Assembly (NCBI GenBank): GCA_009103225.1 | Contig: RHPI01000003.1 | Span: 218,900-282,899, forward strand | Source of the DNA: Chlorokybus atmophyticus | Taxonomy: Eukaryota > Plantae > Mesostigma and Chlorokybus algae | DNA: 64,000 bases | Direction of reading: 5' to 3' | Shown here: in pieces, positions 1-13,683 of the stretch | Position numbering within the stretch: the stretch's first letter is position 1 | Layout: every line of letters begins with the position of its first letter | Program-made: the position numbers and the translations under genes | Notes under the pieces: model-generated | What the model was told of the DNA's origin: nothing | Database searches by the model: none | What the model saw: the letters and a program-made list of their open reading frames with translations, nothing else

Positions 1-844
1 GGGGCGGGGGGGGGTACATGTATGTGCGCGCGCGCGCATGTGTGCGAGCGTGGTGGTCTGTTGGCATTGGTTGGTGACGTTGTGTGTATGTGTGTGGTGC
101 TGTGCGTGTTTGAGCAGGCCAAGGAGGACTTGCAAGGGGCGGTGCAGCGCATGTATCGGCTGCATCGATCGCTCACACGGCGCGGATGGTTCTGGTAGGG
201 ACAGGTGTGAAGGTCTTCGCGCTTGAAGGGTTGTATGTGTGCGTGTGGGCGCGACGGAAAGATGACATACACAATTTTGCGTGGGGCATCGGGTAAAAAG
301 GGTGATATACTTTGGGAGGTGCGCTGAGTGTGCACTGGCCTTGTTGGTGGTGTTGGTGGTAGCTGCAAGTCACTTGAGACAAGATAGGACACAACATGAT
401 GGTTAGTGTGCTCTCTGGGCCAGCCAGACTGATGACCACACCCACGCTTATGACCACGACGTTGACCATGCCCACCTCTGTTTGCCAAGTGCCGGCCGCT
501 CTTGCACCTGCCCACGCAATGGCCAACAAATGCATATGCATGCAGGATTCTGCTTGCAATAAGTGGTGTGCATTACATTACATTACATGCCAGAAAAGTA
601 CTCTTGCGAGTGCATGACACTTCATGCTCAATTGCACCCAACATCTTGGATTGGCAGCAATGCCGAAATCCGCTGTAATGCGGGATGACAAGACATGCCT
701 AAGCGCATGCACACACGCGAGCACACATGCGCATGCACATGTAGGCACCCGCACATACTCGCTAATGTGCACACAGATGTGCAAAAACGCACACACACAT
801 ATAATCTTACAAGGGCGCATACAATAGCTGGGCGCTGCGCGTGC

Positions 845-1800
845 AGTTTACAAATAGAGCATAATTCATAACCAAAAGATCGGTCTGCATTCGCTCAGCC
901 AACATTTGCAATTCCACATACATCTATTGTGTACTAAGTTCCAGTGCACAGTGTCTCAAGACAACATTATCTCGGCCAACCACACTCTGAACTTGCTTGA
1001 ACACAAAGTCAATCTCTAGTCCTCCCGTGGTTTGGTAGCCGTGTGTGGCGTTTGCGATAGGGATTGGCAGGAATGTGCAGAGAATAATAATGTGCGCCTC
1101 ACTTTCGGGAATTGGGTTCATGAGATGATTCTCCCTGATGCACTACTCGTAGTTTCAGCAGTACTCTTGGCTCATTTGAACGCGCACCAGCTCACCGTCC
1201 TTAACACGCACCACAAAGATGTTTATGACAATGCTTTGACATAGAGTCTCGGCTAAAGTTTGGAGCGGAATAACAATGTCGTCCCCATCCTTGATGTACT
1301 GAAGGATGATATTGCCATTGTACTCCCCATGCCTATTGTACTCCTTATTCCATGGCTCCGTATTGTGTGGCACAAACAGGTTGAGGCCATCGTACTTCAC
1401 CATAATGAAGGTCATCTCACGAAGGTCTCCTGCATATGGAAGCTGTGCGCCATCTTCGTTCAACATAGATGTACATGAGCCTTAAGCAATGCGTGGTTTG
1501 GCCACCTCAGCTGGTAATATTCATCCTCAACATGATTGGCGATGTGCCTTTACAATTGTTGATGCAACGAGGTCGCGCGCAGTCTTTCGGAAATAAGTAC
1601 CTCACAAGCAAACGCACCAGATGTTGTCCACAACCTGTGATATTGGAGCTGCCAGACTGCATGTTTGCTGCAGAAGCAAACATAGCTTCAGTGTTTGCAA
1701 TACAAGCCGACTGGACTGCAGCGACATAAAGAAGTTATAGTCAATAGCAGTAACAACTATTAAGGATCCCACAGGTGCAGGCAATGCAGCGCAAGACGGT
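845..1800 (-). pseudogene. Decayed intronless reading frame (~320 codons), possibly TE- or virus-derived
   Basis: ORF-track segments 1602..1943, 1155..1466 and 924..1121 all lie in one minus-strand frame. They join into a single frame with about 7 in-frame stops and no frameshift, and the composition is protein-like. Confidence 0.45.
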
Positions 1801-2173
1801 TGCTGCAAGCTTGCACAATTAGTGCACACCTGACGCAAACTAAGATATACATGCATGTGCATGTGTTGGCATGGGAGCGCACACACGCACCTATGCACCA
1901 TTTGCTCATTGGCATGCGCCACACTTGGACACGCGCACATCATCAGTGCAGCAATACCACGAACCTAGTGCATCTATTGTTTAAGTATTGGCAACGCATA
2001 ACACTCAGTTGTGGGTGCACATGTGCACCCACACTGCTTGCTACATTGTAGGATTGCAAAACACACAATGCTCAACGCACATTCCACAAAGTTTAACCCC
2101 TGGCCTGGCGTGGCTTTCCACCAGCATGAGCTTCACTGGGTCTTTGATAGACCCCAACCTCTCCCCCCCCCCC

Positions 2174-2432
2174 NNNNNNNNNNNNNNNNNNNNNNNNNNN
2201 NNNNNNNNNNNNNNNNNNNNNNNNNNNNNNNNNNNNNNNNNNNNNNNNNNNNNNNNNNNNNNNNNNNNNNNNNNNNNNNNNNNNNNNNNNNNNNNNNNNN
2301 NNNNNNNNNNNNNNNNNNNNNNNNNNNNNNNNNNNNNNNNNNNNNNNNNNNNNNNNNNNNNNNNNNNNNNNNNNNNNNNNNNNNNNNNNNNNNNNNNNNN
2401 NNNNNNNNNNNNNNNNNNNNNNNNNNNNNNNN
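2174..2432. other. Assembly gap (N run)
   Basis: Run of n, flanked by poly-C tracts. Confidence 0.99.
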
Positions 2433-2694
2433 CCCAGCTGGACACCAGACTAGCTGCTCAGCAGGCCTTACGCTAAGCACATAACACACCAGCTTTGTTC
2501 AACAGCCCAAGCATAGCTTGAAGCTTACCAAGCTACAAGACAACCATAAGCAGCGCCACCACAGAGCCACCGCCCCACACTTGCTGTTTGCACTGCCGCC
2601 GCCGCAATATGCACAATGGCCACAGTGTGCTTAACCTTCATAACTGTATGCAGCTGGCAAAGTAAGAAATTTGCATACACATAGCATTAGTAAA

Positions 2695-2985
2695 GTGAAG
2701 AGGGCGAAGTATGACGACCATGCAGTAGCTGACACTTTGATACCGCTGGCGATTGAGACCTATGGCTAGATGGGGACCCCAGCTGTTGATCTGTTGGCCA
2801 TGTGTGCGTTCCGTGTGGTTGATATGAGGTAGCTGAAGTCGCGGTTCATCTTCCGCCTACTGACACCATTTCGGCCGCGCATCTCAGTAGTGTTTTAGCG
2901 CTCTCACGCTGCAGCGATCACGGCATTGGCGGCAGCAGCAGTGAGGTCAGCGCCATCTCGTGACACACATTCGGCACGAGACACT
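2695..2985 (+). mobile_element. Degenerate C-terminal restriction-like endonuclease (RLE) fragment of a CRE/R2-type non-LTR retrotransposon
   Basis: Translates as VKRAKYDDHAVADTLIPLAIETYG*MGTPAVDLLAMCA...RISVVF*RSHAAAIT. This fits the K..KY / P.a.Et.G / S..lqr.nA..i pattern at the end of RLE non-LTR ORFs. Three in-frame TAG stops. Confidence 0.7.
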
Positions 2986-5114
2986 TCTTTGACGGAAATT
3001 GCGAGCCTGACGGTGGCGGACTTGGTGTAGTTGGCTTGATCGTTGCTGTTACAGCAGTGCAATATTGCATAAACCCGTGTATTGTTGAATTCCCATGTAA
3101 GACAGTCAATCCGTCACCTGTGTGCAGCAGGCAAAGTAGGAAGAAGCAAGTCGTTGTCAGAAACAAACCTAACTTTGCATGGCGTGGTTTGGGCAAGGCG
3201 GCGTGTGGACTCCCTGCTGCTGGCCTCAAAGGTGCGGCCAGGCACAAGGCTACTGCAGATCGTGCGGGTAAGTTCGTTGGAACTCCCGTAAGTTGCTGCG
3301 CAGTGGCTACAGCAGCGATTGGCGATGTGCTTGCCGCTCAAGCAACAACACTGCTAAAAGAGTGTTTATTGAGCAAGCTCTAAGCTTAGCTTTATCAGCG
3401 AGTTGCCTTTCAACAGACCTCTCAAGCGCCCACGGATAGAGATCTACTGGTTTGGAATGATGCTAGGAGCTGTTTAAAGCCATGTTGTACAGCATTGGCC
3501 ACAGCGTGCAAGCGCATTGCTTGCAGTGTGTGCACGTGAGAGCTGCACATAAGCACATTGGCTTGCAGTGCTAGGTAGGCTGTGTCAATGAACATATGCA
3601 CACGATCAACATGCAATTGTTGCCATTGACTACTTGCTAAGTGATTAACTGCCTGCTATGCTGACTGCTGTGCTAATTGACTGACTGCTGAGCTGACAGT
3701 GCACTAACGTGATATGTCAAGTGCTGTCGCTCAGAATGCCTGTGTCTCATCTGACTCAGCAAAGTGTCCGTTGGGCCAGCCATTGTATCGCTACTGCTCC
3801 TGCTGGCGGCGGGTGTTACAACAAGCGGCTGTAAAGACCAGCACGCCATAACCTAGCCGCCCGGCCTGCTGCGCCCCTCACGCACAGCACAACACAGCAT
3901 CCCGCCCACCCCCTCGCCTAACCTCCCTTGCCTGCTGCTGCTGCTGCTACCTGCTGGTCGCTTCTACAACTACGCTGACACCAGCCCCGCTGTTGCTCAG
4001 GTCTGCCCTGCCTTGCCTTGCCTTACACCTGCTGTGCTGCTACTGCCCCGCCCCACCTCTCCGCCCACCACCACCAGCATACGCACGTAGCTAGTGCACA
4101 TAGCCTTGCCCTTGCCCTTGTAATTCAGTCCTTGCTGGTGTGCCTGTTGGTGTGCTGGCTGGTGTGCTTGCTGGTGCCTTACATTGTGTTGCAATTGTTG
4201 GAAAGCCTATGCAACATGCGAGTCCTCCCATTATCACCAATAGCTGTCGTCCGGACCACCTGTGCACAATCAGCTTCAGCTTCGAACACAAAGAGAGCGA
4301 CTAGTTGGCAATAGCAGCTCGGTTGCGGTGGTCAATGCTATGGCACTGAGCTTAGCGCACTTATAGGTATGTGAGTCATGCACGGCTGCCATGACGCTCA
4401 CCGCACACCTTCACATGAACATCCAGATGTAGTGCCCGTCAAGTGTTGCATATGGTTGCCTTGTATCGTATGCTTCAACTAAATTGCACGCAAGCCGATG
4501 AACGTATTCTGATTAATGGCAAAGACGTTATTATGACTGTATGCTGTGCGATGCAACTTACACACATTCGTATTTTGCAGTTTGTGTACACCCACTCTCT
4601 GTCATGTGAGCATCATGCACAGTAGCATAGTAGCATACCCCTTATATACAATCTGCCAACCAGTGCTACAGAACAGTCGATTGCGAACTTTGCCTCTGCC
4701 TGCCTGCCTTGCCCCGCGCCGCTATAGATGACTGCACGTAGCATAGCTGTTGCCCATGCCGTGAGGTAGCCTTGTGCCTTGTGTGCTGCATTTGTCACAT
4801 TCAACAACTGATACATCTACTGCAGTACATCATGTGTGCACGCTCCTGGCATCATATGTACTGCGTCTGTGACTGCAAACAGTCCCTCGTGTTGCCAACT
4901 TGAACCCTGACACCAACGACTTGAGACTTGGGTGCGCAGTGACTGGTTGCCCCTATCAGCAACTTAATCACTGTGGCGCCGATTACGCAGGTGATGCGCT
5001 AAGTTTGTATAAAGCCTACAACTTTACCAAGTTGGTAAGACAGCTCCGACACAACATGACCCATGCGCTTAGCACTTGGTAAAGACTAAATGACAACAAT
5101 CATAACAACAAGTA

Positions 5115-6353
5115 TTAAGAGAACCCTTCAAGCAAGGGTGTCACACGTGTCCTCAAGCTCTGAGGCAGCTTATTTTCTAGTCCTTGCAGGATCTGCTCGC
5201 GAGAGTAGCGTGCGGAGAAGTGGATGAACAAAATGGCGCTGTTTTGAAACAGGTCGGCGTGCTCCACAACATCGTCGATGTGCGTGTGGCCGTACCTGTG
5301 CGCACCCTCCCTGTCCACTGTGTCGTCCACAAATGTGCACTCCATTATCAGAAGCTTCGCCCTTAACACGTCCGCATTAGCAGAATTTGTGATGAACTCC
5401 GCCGTAGTGTCCCCAGTAAATGCAACCTGATGGACAACACGCTTTTGCATTACACTATGCCATTTCATACTGCACATCTGGTACAACGGCACAGTTCCAT
5501 ACACACAACACGTTTGTATGGATGCGGTGGACTAACCTCAGGCACGTCGATGGTGTTGGTCACTTCCACGCCATCCTCCCGTAGCCTTTTAATCTCCGGG
5601 CCAGGCACCCCAACATACTCCTCTTTTAGCTTGAACCTGTTACTTTGCTGTTAGCCCAATGTTTTGAGAACATGTCTATTGAAAACATCAGCAATGCGGC
5701 AATAGCAGCTCACTTGCGGCTGTATATGACATAACCTTGGCTGGGCACTGGGTGATATGTAGCGAATGGCTTGACAAACAGCTCCCTGCTAAGAGTGTGC
5801 TGCTCTCCAACGCTCAGAGGAACGAGATTGTGGTTCAGGTCCGCACCGTCCAGCTGGCGATGAATGTCTATCAGTTGCTCAAACAGCGATGCATTCGCAC
5901 GTGGAACAATCACTGTGGGCGGGGCGAGAGCCAGCAAACCGCGCGTTGCAACATAGAAAGGCACACCACCCTGCAAGCACAACAAGGTCATATAAAACTT
6001 GAAACCAACCACTATCGTACAGTGCAGCCCTGTGGCTTACGCTGTGGTCCATGTGCCCGTGCGACACGAGCATGTTGGGTTGATACACGCTGCGTTGGGG
6101 GCAGCGGCCACTGTCAAACACAACTTTAAGCTGAGGCAAAATGATGCTCGTCTCCTGCCCACCTGCAAACGAACATCATTCAGCGCCAGAATAAAAACCA
6201 ACTGTGAATCAACCCTAAACAAGCATGAGGTGTCTTAAGCCTACCGATTGATATGCCCTCGATGTTAAAGCCAGCAACAGTGACGGCAGTGTGTGACTCT
6301 TTGCGCGGTTTGGTGGGGGCAGTGTCCTTGTCTCTGCTGGGTGGAGGCTTCAT
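5115..6353 (-). CDS. TRZ1: Short-form (TM-type) tRNase Z / ribonuclease Z, multi-exon; may have extra upstream exons to 7003
   Basis: Spliced motifs EGISIGGQET, VSHGHMDH (HxHxDH metallo-beta-lactamase), VAFTGDT, LIMECTF, YGHTH and LFIHFSARY; stop at 5115-5117. Confidence 0.93.
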
Positions 6354-7130
6354 GACTGCGCACTGAACTGCGCGCAACGACACATCAATCACCATGCATA
6401 CATTTTACACTGAGTATTACTTGTCGCATGCATTCACCACCATCTCGGCAACAACTTGCAGATTGCAACTTGGCAAGCCGTTGGATGCTGCCAGGTGTGT
6501 CTGTACACTGCTACGTATAATGCTTGTAACATTTGCAACAGCTGATTTGACTGAGACAGTTGTCAACGAACCTGAGACTGACCCAGTGAAGTTACATACA
6601 TACTGGTAAGCAAACACAATTGCTGGACAACTATGCTAATTGAGCTGGTTCCTCACGTCGAAGAGCCTACTGGCAGCCAAGTCCTGGGCAGGTTGTTGAT
6701 GTTGCACACTCAACAAAGCGACGTGTTGCAGCTGTTGATACCCGCCACACAGCTGGATCCGGAACAGCATGACCGAAACATTCAAGCAAGCCTTCCAAAA
6801 GCCAGAAAACACTGAGCAATTGACGAACCAAGTGGACGCATTCCATGCATGATACCAGCGCTGCTGCGATGTTGCTGTCGGTGAAGCTGCCTGACAACGC
6901 CGCCCGGCAAAGACCGGCGGCGCACCGCCGCTCTGCTTCTACCAAGAACTAGCAAACTCCGGTGACCTCCAAGCGCCACGTGGCGCAGCGCCGCGCACCC
7001 CATGCAACTTGTAATGTCCTTTTCCCAACCTGAAACCCTGAAGCTCGGCTAGGATTTTGGGGCCCTAACTTTCGGGCTGGTTTGGGATTCTTAGTGCGCC
7101 TTGTGCGGTTTGTGCGCGTTGTGCGAATTG

Positions 7131-7138
7131 AAACCCTA
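7131..7138 (+). promoter_or_regulatory. Telo-box (AAACCCTA) upstream of RACK1
   Basis: Exact AAACCCTA about 80 bp upstream of the RACK1 ATG. GGGCCC lies near 7060 and a pyrimidine tract (ctctctttc) near 7157. Telo-boxes are typical of plant translation-machinery promoters. Confidence 0.6.
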
Positions 7139-7215
7139 GAGCGCCGCCTCCGTGCGCTCTCTTTCACGGCGTTGCCGCCGCCGCCGTCGTCGGCCGCCTT
7201 GCCCGTAGTGCAAGG

Positions 7216-9314
<2,099 letters not shown>

Positions 9315-10642
9315 GCAGCTACTTCATCTGGATTGGGGCACTTGTACGCTGCAATCTGCAATATTATTGCATGTCACACCATGTTCGGCTTGTTGCTCAA
9401 GTACTTCGCTGTGGTTGATGCGTCAGCTCGGCATGTTGCGGATATCAACTGTGTACATGGCTGTCACGTGGTAGTTTTGCTTTGCTGTGGGTCAGACACT
9501 GCTGCTCACCAGTGTAGTGCACGATGGTTCCTGTCAGAGCCTCCACCTGATGCTCAAGCAATCGATAGCACCAAGTATGAGCAGTGGCAGAATAGTCCGG
9601 AAATTATGCACACAGCAAGTAGAAACGCAGCGACTTGTGCACAGGAACATCAAGCCACTGCTGATGTGGCCTTGTTGGTGCTGCATGCACAGGGCCATGC
9701 AGATCACACAAGTTCTCTGTAGTACACAACTGCCGGCGCAGTATGAATACTAGCTCCACAGACTGCGCAACTTGACTTACCTCGAACCAGGCAAGATAAG
9801 TCAACAGTCAGGCAGAATGGAGGCACAATCTGAGCAATGTAAGCAATGTACGGTATGAGATTGAAACTGAAGCATAAGCAAGCCAGTACAAACGCAAGCA
9901 CAAGCAAGCAGTCACTGCTCACACCAAATCAACGCAACAATAAAGCACAAGCTAGCTAAACTATAGGGCTGGGGCTATGTGCAATGATAGCAGGCAGGTA
10001 GGCAGGCAGGCAGGCAAGTCGGCTTTACTTTGCCGCTCAAGTATACCTGAGCAGCACAGGAGAGGGGAGAGGAAGAGAGGTGAGCCAGGAGCCGAGGCAA
10101 GCACAGTGCAAAGACGTTGACAACGACTGTGCAGTGCCCAAACAGCCCCCAATATAAGCAGGGGAATGAGTGATAGGCGGGGCATGGCTGGCATAGGGTA
10201 TAACTCAGGGGCCACAAGCAAAGATGCCAACAAGCAAGCACTCAAGCACAAAGCCAATATAACCCACGGCAACAAGGCACAGCTAGCTAGCTAGCTAGCT
10301 ATGGGGCTGGACCTATGTGTGTGCAAGGCAGTGAGGCAGGCAGCAGCAGTTATGGTGAACCTGCCAAACTACCTGCACAAGGTAGGGGGCAGGCAAAGGC
10401 TATGGTCAGGCGTGGATGACAGCATGCACGACTCTATACCATATGCATTGTACAAAGGCAACATGCCCTGGAGCAGCGCTCAGCCCCAGCTGCAACACTC
10501 ATGTTGGCTCTCCCGGAAAGAAATCGAGTGGCTGCCTTAATCGTTAAAGTGTGGTTCAGACAGACACAGAAACGGGTAATTGAGTAACCATGGAGCGCTG
10601 ATTAAGACTCTTACCCATTATAACTTACCACTGAGAGGCGAC

Positions 10643-12659
10643 ATGTCACGTCTCAAGCTGCTGCAGCCGGCTGCTCTGGCTCTGGCTCTGGCGGCGGCGG
10701 CGGCGGGCGGCAGGAGTGTTGAGCACGTGCATGCGTAAGCAGGCATTCTGTGTTCAGGGGAAGCTGCATTGTGCATTGTGTGTACTAGCTTATGATCGTG
10801 GACACATTCTGAAGGTTGGGCAGGCAGCGGCTGGCTCCAGCGGCTTCGAAGGGCAAGCTGAGGGTATAGCAAGCAACCAAGCATGCACCCTTGAAGCATA
10901 CTGACGCTGCAGCGTAAATACCAGAAGCATTCCGTACGCAAGGCAAGTCCGAGTCGTGGCCGGAAGTTCTGTGCAATGCCTCTGAAGCTGAAGCACACTT
11001 GGCTGATGCTCCTCCTTGTGAGGATCAGCATGCGTGACATTGGCTGGTCTCGCAGGGCGAGCCAAAGTCCTACAGTAGGTTGGGGATCGATGATTATTAA
11101 AGCGTGCCATGGATTCTCACATTTGCACATAACTGCAGCTTCACACTGGTTGCTGATTAACGCAGGTGACAAGACTGCAGGAGCTTAGGTGCAAAGCTCT
11201 TCGCTGCTAGGCACTGCTGCGGCTGCTGCTGCTCCTGTTGCATTTCAACCTGGTTGAGCCTGACATCCGAAAACACTCCAACTTAGGTATGCGAATGGAG
11301 CGTCTGTGCCATTCACCAAACAACCTCTTCGTTATGGCTGAGTGACGTAAGCTATGTCGGGGCTGCGCGTCTGTGCATGTGCATCTGCGTGCGTGTATGC
11401 GCGTGCCGGGGCGCGTATCAAAGCTTTGAATTGCAGAAACCCGGACTGCAGCCATGCTAACGCTTCCATCCACTGGCTGCGTGAGCTGCAAGTCGGTTGG
11501 AACATTTTACTCTGAGACTGTCCTGCCTAAGGTACACCTGACAGCAATGACGTCGTGTACGCTGTATGCAGCAGCTCTGTTGTGTCGCTGGCTGTATCGT
11601 GCAGTTCACAGTCAGTATGCGTCTGCAGGAGCTTGCATGGTTGAAAGGCACCAACCGGCAGCCCAACTTAGCAGCAACCAGCAGCATCCTCCAGTCGACA
11701 CAGCGCAAATACAACAGTGCACTTCTTCAAAAATGCAACGCCAGTATTTTGCTAAAGCTCAGTGGCAACCTCGGTGCCGGGTACAAGTTGACGGTAGGCT
11801 TGTCTGTACGTGACCATTATGCGGCCTGTATGTGTTCACAAAGAGTTTACATTGGCGCACCCTGTGCTTAGCACAATGGCTTGTTTGCCGTTTGTTGACA
11901 GGGACCGCTGTTAGTGGTAGCCAAGCAATCTCTTCGCCGCAACAAGGAAGACAGCAACATAGACGGCTCAGCTGGAACGCAGGTGCCATCCGTAGGTGAT
12001 TAGCTTTGCCGTGTCTTGAGACAATTGTGCCACGAACACGCACAGAATCTACAAGCACGCGCACGCTCACAGTACAACTGTGCGCGCAGACCCATCTTTC
12101 TTCTACCGAGGTTTTGAAATTGGCTTTCCCCACCTTCCCCGAGTGGCAATGTAGGGAAATCGTGCATATGAACCCGAAGCTGGAAAAGGTGCCACCAAAG
12201 AGGCTGGCGCAACGCTGTGCTCGGCTGCTCGCTGAGCTTCAGGGCTTGGGTATATCGCATAGAATGGTGCAGGACAGGTTTGCGTTGGGAATACTGCGCA
12301 GATATCCCACACTTCTCACGATGGATGATAGCAAGCTCAACGCCAAGTTCCACATCATCAAACATAACACGACGCTTCAAGAGCGTAATAGTTGGTATGA
12401 GCGAGTACATTGGGCTGCTGTGTTGAAAGCAGGGGACAAGCTCTCGAGACTCGTGTTCATCGATGAGATGAACATCACCACCAATGACGAGGTCCCAAGG
12501 CTGTTGAGCATCACATGCGATGCGTGGAATCGCATGCATCCGGATTATCCTCAATGGTTGCGCAGCGGCAATGACGCTGGCACGACATACAAGGCACTTT
12601 GCAAAGATGCAGTCCAGAAGGTTCCGTCGGGCGGGACGGCGGGACCACAACAGCAGTAG
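10643..12659 (+). CDS. mTERF-like protein, tandem copy 1 (main exon 12090-12659; 5' exon structure uncertain)
   Basis: Main exon contains mTERF-style repeats (IVHMNPKLEKVPPKRLAQRC...ILRRYPTLLTMDDSKLNAKFHII) and an mTERF-like C-terminus (LSRLVFIDEM...LLSITCDAWNRMHPDYPQWL). About 2 kb is homologous to copies 2 and 3. Confidence 0.6.
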
Positions 12660-13683
12660 CAGTGTTGCTTCAGGCGGATACTGGCAGTTGTAAGCTGCAA
12701 GTTACCAATACTATTGCATGTCTCACTATGTTTGGGTTGCTCAAGTATGTTGCTGTAGTTGCGTCAACTTGGCACTATGCCCTACGCACTATTCGTACAT
12801 GCTGTCACACGCTGCTGCTGCCGCGACTGGCCCACCAACCAAGACGCATGTGCAGGTGCCTAAGCTGCCCGTGTTTGCATGCCTGCCTGCATGACTAACA
12901 GGGGGGCAGTAGTGGTAGGGGTAGAGGTAGGCGTGGTAGATAGCAGGTGCGTGGTTGAGCCCGGTGGTCGAGTTGGTGAGTTGTTGTGCTGCTGTTAGCT
13001 GGCATGTGAACATGGCATATGTGACATTGCATGCATGAACGTATTCCCCAATTCTTCTTTGATACATTGGGTTCCTGCTGCTTATAGGAATGATAAAGGC
13101 GGCTGTTGACCTGTGTAGTACGCGTGCTTTTGTCAAAGCCTCTCCCCGATGACGCGTGCGGATTGGGAGCACCAAGTACCAGAGTGGCAGCAGCATAGCA
13201 CAGACATCAATATCATACAACAGCATGTCAGCACAGCTGAAACATAGAATGCACGTTCGTGCACAGCAAACAGCATGCCAGTTCTCATGTGCTCCGTTTT
13301 TTGGTTTAACACCCACAAGACCATCGCAGTTGCGCTCGCACACATCTGGAATACTAACCACACAAACTGCTCAACCCAACTGAGCCCGAGTGCTGAGCAC
13401 GGAAAAAGTAGATGAGTCACCCAAGTAAGGGCATACAGCTAGTGGTGGGGCGTGAGTGCAACCTCAAGGACAATTGCCCTAAAGCAGCGGTCAGTCTCGG
13501 CTGAGACTTAACTGCAGCACTCGTGCTGCTTTGCTGACACCGTTTGTTGCCACTAGGAGCTTAAAGCTTAAAGCAACGACATCAGACCTCCACAAAAACG
13601 GGTTCGCTAACCGTGAATAGCTGGCAAACACCTTCACTAAAGAGTGCGGCTTGACTTAAGAGAGACTGGAACTGAGAGGCGAT

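Noticed and set aside
100-560. Minus-strand Cys/His-rich peptide (REDLHTCPYQNHPRRVSDRCSRYMRC), suggestive of a CxC/KDZ transposase zinc domain
   Set aside because: I could not build a consistent spliced frame, the sequence is short and it sits at the window edge.
2161-2440. Poly-C/G tracts flanking the N gaps
   Set aside because: Most likely sequencing or assembly dropout at homopolymer or G4-prone sites, not a biological feature that can be assessed here.
3036-4314. Protein-like plus-strand fragments with TAG/TGA interruptions
   Set aside because: No recognisable family and the frames shift; probably decayed pseudogene or noise.
9945-10350. Short direct repeats and (AGCT)n/(GCAG)n runs
   Set aside because: Simple low-complexity intergenic repeats; they have no spacer structure and are not CRISPR-like.
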